Positions 9,694 through 17,690 of a stretch of DNA of 64,000 nt are shown here, in pieces. Under the pieces are notes generated by a model, which saw only the letters and a program-made list of their open reading frames with translations, did no database searches and was not told where the DNA came from. Within the stretch, counting starts at the first letter, position 1, and every line of letters starts with the position of its first letter. This DNA is from Obrimoposthia wandeli. Its lineage: Eukaryota. The translations under genes and the position numbers were made by a program. The DNA lies in contig CDROCS010003917.1 of the NCBI GenBank assembly GCA_977020255.1, positions 124,001-188,000 on the forward strand, written 5' to 3'.

Positions 9694-10932
9694 CTATTTT
9701 CCAAGAACGCGGTTGATACGCTTTTGGGCTTTATCAAGTGTTTCCTGGGCTTTCGCACCACCGTAAATGGCTTGTACTGCGTTACTTGTGATATCAGCAA
9801 CCTCTGACCAACCGGCAATAGTCGGTGCAAAACGTGCATCAGGAAGTAAATCAACGAACGTTTTAACAGCATCGTTATCAGCAAAAGCGGGTAATTTTGA
9901 GACAGATTTCAAGACAGGTAAGAAACCTTCACCCGATGAGAAAGCTGCACGTTGTTCAGTGGTAAACATGAAGTCCATAAACTTAACGGCAGCTTTTTTA
10001 TGTTTAGAGTTTTTAAACAATACTACAGAATCGGTTACCCCGTAAGTTGCGCGGCTCTTACCACCTGGAATAGGAGCTATACCATACTTAATATCAGGCG
10101 CTTCATCTTTAAGTTGGTTAACCAAGAAAGGCGCGGTGATCATCATACCTACTCTTCCTTGCTTAAATAAATTTTGCACATCTTCGCGGTTGTATGAAGT
10201 AACACCCGGTTGAGTTAAACCTTTATCAATCATGCTTTGTAAGCGTTCAGCGTTAGCAACCGAGGCTGCACTTGCTAAATTAGAGCTACCATCTTTTTTC
10301 AGTAATGATCCACCTTCACTCCACATGCCATAATAAAAATAAACGTCTGTTTCTACTTCTTTGCCTTGTAGGCCAAACCCATAACTGTTTTCAACTTTTG
10401 CGATTTTAGCAGCGCTATCAGTTACCTCATCCCAAGTTGTAGGTACTTTAGCATCTGCTTTTTCAAATAAATCTTTATTGTAATACATGGCTCTAGCGGA
10501 TGCTGCGACAGGCAAGCCGTATACTTTATTGTTTAAAGTACCTGGGTTTAAGAAGGCAGGAACGAAGCGCTCTTTCATTTCTTTGGTGATTAAACCATCT
10601 AATGGTTCTGCTACATCTTGTTCTACATAATCGACTAACCAGCGCGTACCAATAATGGCCATATCAGCATTAACGTTCGAACTAATATCAGTGGTTAGCT
10701 TTTGATTGAGCACATCCCAGTTAACTACTTCAATCTTTATATCTATATCGGGATTACTTTTTTCAAAATCTTTCGCAAGTGCTTCATAGTAAGGACCTGT
10801 TTTAGCGCTGTAATAGGCAACGGTAAAACGAACCTCTTCAGCAGCTTGTGCCGATAGAGATAAGGAAGTGCCAAGTACCGCGAGAGAAATGCCTGCGGCT
10901 AATGTCTTCAAAGAAGTAGATAAATATTTCAT
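9694..10932 (-). CDS. Sugar ABC transporter solute-binding protein (family 1)
   Basis: Signal peptide from MKYLSTSLK with an AGGTGT RBS; YGLPVAASARAMYYNKDLF motif. The start is trimmed from the 11022 given in the ORF track. Confidence 0.9.
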   Translation of the reverse strand: MKYLSTSLKTLAAGISLAVLGTSLSLSAQAAEEVRFTVAYYSAKTGPYYEALAKDFEKSNPDIDIKIEVVNWDVLNQKLTTDISSNVNADMAIIGTRWLVDYVEQDVAEPLDGLITKEMKERFVPAFLNPGTLNNKVYGLPVAASARAMYYNKDLFEKADAKVPTTWDEVTDSAAKIAKVENSYGFGLQGKEVETDVYFYYGMWSEGGSLLKKDGSSNLASAASVANAERLQSMIDKGLTQPGVTSYNREDVQNLFKQGRVGMMITAPFLVNQLKDEAPDIKYGIAPIPGGKSRATYGVTDSVVLFKNSKHKKAAVKFMDFMFTTEQRAAFSSGEGFLPVLKSVSKLPAFADNDAVKTFVDLLPDARFAPTIAGWSEVADITSNAVQAIYGGAKAQETLDKAQKRINRVLGK

Positions 10933-10942
10933 TGTTACACCT

Positions 10943-10957
10943 ATAACCTTTCGTTTT
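10943..10957. promoter_or_regulatory. Candidate AgaR operator, copy 1 (ATAACCTTTCGTTTT)
   Basis: Perfect 15-bp inverted partner of 11085-11099. Contains CTTTC and sits 10 bp upstream of the solute-binding protein start. Confidence 0.55.
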
Positions 10958-11084
10958 GTTGTTTTAATGGAAGTAAAGGATGTTTCTTTGTCAATATAAC
11001 CATAATGCTTTCTTTTGCGCAAGTTTATTGTGTGTTTTCGTTGACTGTTGTGGTTATTGTGTTATCTTTTCTTTCATTTATTTT

Positions 11085-11099
11085 AAAACGAAAGGTTAT
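11085..11099. promoter_or_regulatory. Candidate AgaR operator, copy 2 (AAAACGAAAGGTTAT)
   Basis: Reverse complement of 10943-10957; overlaps the RBS region of the ATPase gene. Confidence 0.55.
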
Positions 11100-11101
11100 T
11101 T

Positions 11102-12178
11102 ATGTCGGTTTTGCAGTTAAAGCAGCTTGTTAAGCGTTATGACAATGTCGAAGTTTTACATGGGATTGACTTGAGCATTAATGAAGGCGAGTTTTTAGTA
11201 CTTATAGGGCCTTCAGGGTGTGGGAAGTCGACATTACTGCGCATGATTGCCGGCCTAGAAGAAATTAGTGCGGGTAGCTTGACCTTAGATGGTAGTGAAA
11301 TAAATCATGTGCCCTCACAGCAGCGAGACTTTTCAATGGTGTTTCAAAGCTATGCGCTGTATCCGCATTTAAGTGTGTATGAAAATATCGCCTTTGGTTT
11401 AAGAATTAGAAAATCAGAGCAGGCACATATCGATAAAATGATTAATTGGGCGGCTGATATTTTAAACTTAACGCCTTTATTAGAGCGAACGCCTAAACAG
11501 TTATCAGGCGGACAATGCCAAAGAGTTGCAATGGGGCGTGCCTTAGTTAGAGAGCCCAAGTTGTTCTTATTTGATGAGCCACTTTCAAATTTAGATGCTA
11601 AATTGCGCATTCAAATGCGCGCTGAAATGAAAGCATTACACTTAAAGCTAAAAACCACCACGGTTTATGTTACGCATGATCAAGTTGAAGCAATGACGTT
11701 AGCAGATCGAATAGTGGTGATGAATGCAGGTATTATTGAGCAAGTTGGTACGCCACTTGATTTGTACGATAACCCCGTAAATTTATTTGTTGCAGGCTTT
11801 TTAGGAGCACCAGCTATTTCCTTTATCAAGGCAGTGGTTTGCGATGGGGGTGTTGAGGTAGAAAACTTAAGTAGTAATGAAAAAGCTCTTCTAACTTTGG
11901 TGTTAGATGTAAGCTATTTAGCTATAGGGACGGCAGTGGTGTTAGGTATTCGCCCAGAATTTTTTGATCTACAAGGAAGTGATGCGAAAGTCGTTGTTAA
12001 ATTTATTGAGGCGATGGGCGCGGAGTCTTACGTACATGGACATTTATGTGGGCAACAGATTGTTGCTAAAACCGATTTAAGACTTGATTATCAACCAGGG
12101 CAACTAGTTGATATAGGAATTACACCCGCCGCTGTGCATGTTTTTGATGCTAATAGTGGTCTTAGGTTAAGCAGTTGA
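11102..12178 (+). CDS. Sugar ABC transporter ATP-binding protein (MalK/UgpC family)
   Basis: Walker A GPSGCGKST, signature LSGGQCQR, Walker B FLFDEPLSNLD and YVTHDQVEAM. Confidence 0.95.
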   Translation: MSVLQLKQLVKRYDNVEVLHGIDLSINEGEFLVLIGPSGCGKSTLLRMIAGLEEISAGSLTLDGSEINHVPSQQRDFSMVFQSYALYPHLSVYENIAFGLRIRKSEQAHIDKMINWAADILNLTPLLERTPKQLSGGQCQRVAMGRALVREPKLFLFDEPLSNLDAKLRIQMRAEMKALHLKLKTTTVYVTHDQVEAMTLADRIVVMNAGIIEQVGTPLDLYDNPVNLFVAGFLGAPAISFIKAVVCDGGVEVENLSSNEKALLTLVLDVSYLAIGTAVVLGIRPEFFDLQGSDAKVVVKFIEAMGAESYVHGHLCGQQIVAKTDLRLDYQPGQLVDIGITPAAVHVFDANSGLRLSS

Positions 12179-12220
12179 TATAATGTCGCGTTTTTCAATG
12201 CAAAAAAGTGGTCTAGGAAA

Positions 12221-13009
12221 TTGAAACAACCCAAGAAAAGCATCAGAAATACTCACCAACGTCGAGATTATATCTTAGCGCATTTAGCAGAACACGGCTC
12301 GATTACGGTCGAGAGTATCTCGCATCATTTTTCGGTATCTACCGTCACCGCTAGAGCTGATCTTAGATTGCTGGAAGAAAAAGGCCAGCTAGTGCGTCAC
12401 TACGGTGGTGCCATGTTAAGTAAACCTATCGCTGTGGTGCATACGGCCGATGATCGATTATCGATCAATATGGAGATTAAACATAAGCTTGGAAAAGCAG
12501 CTGCAGAATTAGTACAGCCTGGGGAGTCTATTATTCTAGATTCTGGTACCACCACAAAATGTATTGCTCAACAATTAAGTGCTATTTCCCCACTGCATGT
12601 AATGACCAACAGTTTACCTGTCTTATTAGAGTTATCGGCTTTTAAGGGAATTACTTCGATGGTAACAGGAGGGCATTTGTGTCATAAAAGCCAATCTTTT
12701 TGCGGTGCTCAAGCTGAAAACAATTTAAGGGAATTTCATTTTGATAAACTGTTTCTAGGTGTTGATGGTTTTCATTTAGACAAAGGCATTTCAACCTACA
12801 ATGAAGATGAAGCGCGAGTAAACTCGATTATGGCTGAGGTTGCTGAAGAGGTTATAGTGGTTACTGATTCAAGTAAATTCAAAAAGCTTAGTTTATATAA
12901 AATAATAAATTTAGATAAAATCGATGTATTGATAACCGATGCCAATATTTCAGAAAAATATCGCTTGGGTATACTTGAGCGAGGTATTGAGTTAGTGATC
13001 GTTGATTGA
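12221..13009 (+). CDS. agaR: DeoR-family transcriptional repressor, AgaR-like
   Basis: HTH VSTVTARADL, IILDSGTT, and FDKLFLGVDGF motifs; lies in the aga cluster. Confidence 0.8.
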   Translation: MKQPKKSIRNTHQRRDYILAHLAEHGSITVESISHHFSVSTVTARADLRLLEEKGQLVRHYGGAMLSKPIAVVHTADDRLSINMEIKHKLGKAAAELVQPGESIILDSGTTTKCIAQQLSAISPLHVMTNSLPVLLELSAFKGITSMVTGGHLCHKSQSFCGAQAENNLREFHFDKLFLGVDGFHLDKGISTYNEDEARVNSIMAEVAEEVIVVTDSSKFKKLSLYKIINLDKIDVLITDANISEKYRLGILERGIELVIVD

Positions 13010-13218
13010 TTTAGTTGAATTGGCATTTTAATTTTGCAGGAACTTGTCGTGGTCAGTTTGCTTTTTAAAGTACAACGGCTATGGAATTGTTTGAAAAAAT
13101 ATACTGATCTAGCTCGTAGCGCAATGCGATGGAGATAATTTAAGTTGTTCTTTGACCAATCTACCTTTATTAAAACCAATCATGTAGCCCACCCTTAAAG
13201 TTAAATTAGGATTGTTAA

Positions 13219-14127
13219 ATGTATTACGGCATTGATATTGGCGGTACAAAAATCGAAATTGCAGCGTTTGATCACGAATTCCAATTAGTAAAACAGCGAC
13301 GCGTCGCGACGCCAACACAAGATTACCAAGTTTTTCTCAATACTGTGCAAGTAATGGTTTTAGAGTTTGATAGGGAGTTAAAGTGTAAAGGGGCAGTAGG
13401 GATAGGCTTTCCAGGTATCCGTGATTTAAATGATGGAACTTTTGTCTGCGTTAATATCCCTTGTGTTACGGGTAAACGATTGGATAAAAATTTGTCACAC
13501 CTTTTAAAGCGCACAGTGATAATAGAAAACGATTGTAAGTGTTTTGCGCTATCTGAAGCAGTGCTCGGTAGTGCAAAAGGTTATCAGCATGTATTTGGTG
13601 CGATAATTGGTACAGGTGCTGGTGGTGGTTTGGTAACAAAAGGGCATTTATCGACAGGTGCACATGGTATGGCCGGAGAATGGGGGCATGTAGGTATTAA
13701 TGCTTATGTTATTGATAAGTATAAGTTGCCGGTTTGGCGCTGCGCTTGTGGTTTATCAGGATGTGCTGAACAATATATTTCAGGTAGCGGTTTACAAAAT
13801 TTGTTTGGTTACAAGTCTCACAATAAATCTTTGAACGGGAAGGAAATTATGGCGCTTGTTGAAAGCAAAGATGCTTTAGCTTTAGAAGTGTTTGAAATGT
13901 ATGTAGACATATTAAGCTCAAGTTTAGCCACAATCCAACTAAGCTATGATACCGATGCCATTGTATTGGGTGGTGGCATGAGCAATGTGGCCGCTTTATA
14001 TGAAAAATTACCAGGTTATATTGCCCAGCATATGTTCGAGCGTGCTCAAGTGCCAGCAATTTTAGCACCTGAGTTCGGAGACTCTAGTGGTGTTAGAGGT
14101 GCTGCATTATTACATTTTGATTTGTAA
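13219..14127 (+). CDS. nagK: ROK-family N-acetylhexosamine kinase (NagK/AgaK-like)
   Basis: GIDIGGTK, IENDCKCF, GTGAGGG, GEWGH, zinc motif CACGLSGCAEQY and FGDSSGVRGAA. Confidence 0.85.
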   Translation: MYYGIDIGGTKIEIAAFDHEFQLVKQRRVATPTQDYQVFLNTVQVMVLEFDRELKCKGAVGIGFPGIRDLNDGTFVCVNIPCVTGKRLDKNLSHLLKRTVIIENDCKCFALSEAVLGSAKGYQHVFGAIIGTGAGGGLVTKGHLSTGAHGMAGEWGHVGINAYVIDKYKLPVWRCACGLSGCAEQYISGSGLQNLFGYKSHNKSLNGKEIMALVESKDALALEVFEMYVDILSSSLATIQLSYDTDAIVLGGGMSNVAALYEKLPGYIAQHMFERAQVPAILAPEFGDSSGVRGAALLHFDL

Positions 14128-14172
14128 GGGAGTATTATTTACTCTTTGGTACTATCGTTAACAACAGTAAAT

Positions 14173-14661
14173 TTATCGAATTGACTTGCTCATTTTTATT
14201 AGCTTGCTGCTATAACCTAGTTTATCGTATAAGCCTATTGCTGCTGAGTTAAACTGATATACCGATAGCATTACTTCGTCTATACCAAAGGTTTGAAAAT
14301 AGTCTTCAATACTATCCACTAACTTTTGCGCAACACCTCTACCTTGAAAAGAAGGTAGCACTGATATTTCATCAATATAGCCAATTTTCTTACTACAATG
14401 TATAAATGATTCTTGATTGGTAATTTGTCCAGCAATAACTCCACAAGGTTGCATGTTTATCTTTGCAATAAACATGACATAGTTACCACTGCTTAATAAT
14501 TCATGAAAGCTCTGTGGTGTTCGTTGCGAAGCTATTTGCTCAGGAGATTTAAACTCATCGGCTAGCTGCGCGTAATGATATGCATCACAAGCGTAAAAAA
14601 GTGGTTCAACAATTGCTAAATCAGCGGGGGTTACTTTGCTTATTTCAATTTTATTGACCAT
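14173..14661 (-). CDS. GNAT-family N-acetyltransferase
   Basis: Motif A VLPSFQGRGVAQKL and NSAAIGLYDKLGY. Confidence 0.85.
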   Translation of the reverse strand: MVNKIEISKVTPADLAIVEPLFYACDAYHYAQLADEFKSPEQIASQRTPQSFHELLSSGNYVMFIAKINMQPCGVIAGQITNQESFIHCSKKIGYIDEISVLPSFQGRGVAQKLVDSIEDYFQTFGIDEVMLSVYQFNSAAIGLYDKLGYSSKLIKMSKSIR

Positions 14662-14831
14662 TGATAGCGCTCAGTTTGAGAATCCGAATAGTAAGACTTC
14701 TACTAGGATATCGTAAATAATTTTTTAAAAGAATTAAAATAGCCTGTGATAAAAACTTGTAGATGTAATCTCATTCAAACACCACTTTCACGATAGCTGT
14801 ACAAAGGTCAAGAAATCGGTTTATTTTTTAG

Positions 14832-15150
14832 CTAAATTGCTGGCTTTCGATGTTCAATATACTTAAAGGCAGTACCTATTAATGTTGCCATGATCATATA
14901 AATAAGTGCCAATAGTAGTAGGGGCTCATAAGTGATAAATGTATCTTGGCGCACTTTAGAGAAAACGGAAAATATTTCAATCATTGTAATAGTAGCTACT
15001 AAAGGCGTTGCTTTAAGCTGTAATATTACTTCACCACCTAAGGTGAGCAATGCTCGATAAATGCTCTTGGAAACTAAATTCGACAAAATATTTGCGATCT
15101 GCTCATGCCGATAGAGCGGGCAGCTTCTACCTTTCCTTTGGAGATGCTTC
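14832..15150 (-). pseudogene. 5'-truncated polar amino-acid ABC permease (HisM/OccM-like) pseudogene
   Basis: EAA loop ISKGKVEAARSIGMSRSQIFCRI*FPRAF carries an in-frame TAG at 15074-15076. A frameshift then leads into RALLTLGGEVILQLKATPLVATIT..DTFITYEPLLLLALIY. The N-terminal half is absent. Confidence 0.85.
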
Positions 15151-15332
15151 ACTAATCACCTTTTATTGTCATTAGATAATTATTTAAAGGCCAGCCAAAA
15201 TCTATGTTTAATAGGCATTCATCAGAGTGATATTACACTTATAAGGATATTTTTTATCAGCAAATTCAATATGCTGCGTGCAATTGATAAAAATAATCAA
15301 CATAATTAAGTCACTTGTTGATCTGATATTAT

Positions 15333-15346
15333 TATACGATCGTACA
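15333..15346. promoter_or_regulatory. Candidate TetR operator TATACGATCGTACA
   Basis: Near-perfect palindrome in the divergent region between the permease remnant and the TetR gene; a similar core occurs at 16577-16590. Confidence 0.5.
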
Positions 15347-15675
15347 GTAATCAAGGTGTTTATTCACAATTAACCGTTCAGTTATTAATAGCACTAAATG
15401 ATAAAGTTATTTATTGAATAGTGAGGATACCAAAAAGAGGAGATTTATTTTCATGCGTATTAGCGAGAGAAATTAGTACATTTTCAAGTAAGCAGAGCAG
15501 CACCTCCATTATCTAAAGAGCGCAGCAGCGTTATAATTTAGCAGTGTTATCTTTTGTGATCTTTTTCGGTATTAACAAGCATGTTAGGATAAAATAAAAT
15601 CTTGAACTAGCATTGTTTATGCAAATAGAGAAAGCGTGATCCCTTATTGAAATTAAAAAGAGATAAGAAGAAAAT

Positions 15676-16317
15676 ATGAGTCAATCTAGGAAACCGTTCA
15701 ATAGACAATCTGAACAGAAAAGAACCATGGATTTGATTTTAGCAACCCAATTATGTATTGAACGAGGGGGTATCGGTGAGGCTAGCATCCGGCGTATAGC
15801 TGAAGAAGCTGGTGTAACTCCCGGTTTGGTGAGACATTATTTTCCTGATAAAGAAGCTCTGATCTGTGCTGCATATCGCCAAACAATGGCGCAAATGTTT
15901 AGTGGAGCGCGTCAGGGTGTTGATGATTTGTCAGGTTCGGCAATTGAGAAATTACGCCTTTTTATTAATACCTCGCTTCAGCCTGCTGTAATGAACAGTC
16001 GCTATCATCAACTATGGGCATCTTTTACCAGTCTTACTCGCTCTACACCGGCTATGGCAAAAATCCACCATGAATCCTATCTTGAATTTCGTATGGGTTG
16101 CCAAGATCTTGTTGAAATGGTTTTTATCGAAATGGAGCGTGATGTTAAGCCGAAACAGCTAGAACATTTTGGCATCATGGTAAACGCGATTTTGGATGGA
16201 CTTTGGTTAGAGGGATGTTTGGCTATGGAGCTATTTGAAGAAGGTGAGCTGGCTGAAATAGGGTTGCGCTCAGTGCAATCGGTGCTATCTATAGAGGGAT
16301 TAATAAAAACAGATTAA
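15676..16317 (+). CDS. TetR-family regulator, BetI-like
   Basis: HTH ASIRRIAEEAGVTPGLVRHYFPDKEAL and BetI-type C-terminus ILDGLWLE. Confidence 0.9.
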   Translation: MSQSRKPFNRQSEQKRTMDLILATQLCIERGGIGEASIRRIAEEAGVTPGLVRHYFPDKEALICAAYRQTMAQMFSGARQGVDDLSGSAIEKLRLFINTSLQPAVMNSRYHQLWASFTSLTRSTPAMAKIHHESYLEFRMGCQDLVEMVFIEMERDVKPKQLEHFGIMVNAILDGLWLEGCLAMELFEEGELAEIGLRSVQSVLSIEGLIKTD

Positions 16318-16361
16318 GCGCGAACAGCTATTTTTCTTAAAAGCCGCAGTGGTAGACTTCA

Positions 16362-16394
16362 CTGACTATAGGTTGTAAATCAACCTATAGTCAG
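16362..16394 (+). terminator. Hairpin after the TetR gene (probable terminator)
   Basis: 14-bp perfect stem CTGACTATAGGTTG/CAACCTATAGTCAG with a 5-nt loop; the U-tract is weak. Confidence 0.5.
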
Positions 16395-16576
16395 CATCTT
16401 TAATTCATTCTCGTATTCTTTATTGCAGTTAAAATTTAAGCTTGATATTTAAAACGTCATTCGATTGCCTTGTGTTTTGGGGTTATATGACCACTTTAAT
16501 TTATTGCTAAGGCACAGTTATAAAAATTAGTTATCACTGTTTATGCTTTAATTGAGGAGTTTATTTAGTTTATTGT

Positions 16577-16590
16577 TGTACGATTGTAAA
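16577..16590. promoter_or_regulatory. Candidate TetR operator TGTACGATTGTAAA
   Basis: Shares the TACGATYGTA core with 15333-15346; about 110 bp upstream of the DDAH start. Confidence 0.45.
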
Positions 16591-16700
16591 ATAAAGCTGG
16601 AAAAGCGTTCAGCAAAGATGCATTATCTGTGAATTGACACCTTGGATGAATTTATTCACAGGTGCTACTCTTATTTTTATAACCGTATTTGGGGATATCT

Positions 16701-17462
16701 ATGTTTAGTAAAGCAATAGTAAAAAAGCCTTGTAGAGCTGTCGTTTCTGGAATCACTAGTGCTGATATAGGAGTGCCGAATTACGACAATGCACTAGTTC
16801 AACATGCAAAATATGTGCAAGCGCTAAAAGATTGTGGCTTAGAAGTCACTGAGCTAAACGCAGATGAAGCTTTTCCCGATTCAACTTTCGTAGAAGATAC
16901 CGCTTTAATGACTCCGTACTGCGCAATTATCACGAACCCTGGAGCGCAATCGAGAAAGGGTGAAATAACTGAAATGCGTGAGGTAGTCAGCAGGTTCTAT
17001 GACAAAGTAGAAAGTATACAAGCACCTGGTACTGTAGAAGCGGGTGATATTATGATGGTTGGTCAACATTATTATATTGGCTTATCTGAGCGTACTAACG
17101 CAGCAGGTGCGCAGCAAATGATTGATATATTAGAAAAACATGGCATGTCAGGCTCTATTGTTACGATGAGTGAGGTATTGCATTTAAAAACGGGTTTAGG
17201 CTATTTAGAAGGTAATAATCTATTAGCTTGTGGTGAATTTTTAACTAAACCTGAATTTTCTGAGTATCAAATATTGGAAGTAGATGCAGCAGAAGCTTAT
17301 GCAGCGAATAGTGTTTGGATCAACGACAAAGTTTTAACCCCAAAGGGTTTTCCGAAAACAAAAGCGTTAATAGAAAATGCAGGCTATGAAGTGATTGAAG
17401 TTGATGTGAGCGAATTTCAAAAAATTGATGGCGGTTTAAGCTGCCTTTCGCTGCGTTTCTAA
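16701..17462 (+). CDS. N(G),N(G)-dimethylarginine dimethylaminohydrolase (DDAH, amidinotransferase superfamily)
   Basis: FPDSTFVEDT, VEAGD, LHLKTG and GGLSCLSLRF, with the catalytic Asp/His/Cys retained. ATG at 16701 follows a GGGGA RBS. Confidence 0.9.
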   Translation: MFSKAIVKKPCRAVVSGITSADIGVPNYDNALVQHAKYVQALKDCGLEVTELNADEAFPDSTFVEDTALMTPYCAIITNPGAQSRKGEITEMREVVSRFYDKVESIQAPGTVEAGDIMMVGQHYYIGLSERTNAAGAQQMIDILEKHGMSGSIVTMSEVLHLKTGLGYLEGNNLLACGEFLTKPEFSEYQILEVDAAEAYAANSVWINDKVLTPKGFPKTKALIENAGYEVIEVDVSEFQKIDGGLSCLSLRF

Positions 17463-17690
17463 GTTGGATTACTAATAACTGGGTATTTGTGTATATAGTG
17501 CCTAGTTAAACTTATTTGAGATGTCGTATGTACTTTGGCAAAATTGCAAAGTATAGGCAGAGTGTATGCCAGCTGTACTAAGAAGCATAAGCTTAAAAAC
17601 AAACTTCTATAGGGTATTATTTTTTGCTTTACTAATCCTCATTACTTCGTAGAAATACTTCATATTAATGGTTTTGATTCAGTAAGAAGC

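Noticed and set aside
10933-11022. Longer N-terminus of the sugar-binding protein given by the ORF track
   Set aside because: The signal peptide and RBS support the start at 10932, and the extension overlaps the operator region.
14832-15152. 106-aa ORF as an intact protein
   Set aside because: Its first ~30 codons are an off-frame reading of a permease pseudogene.
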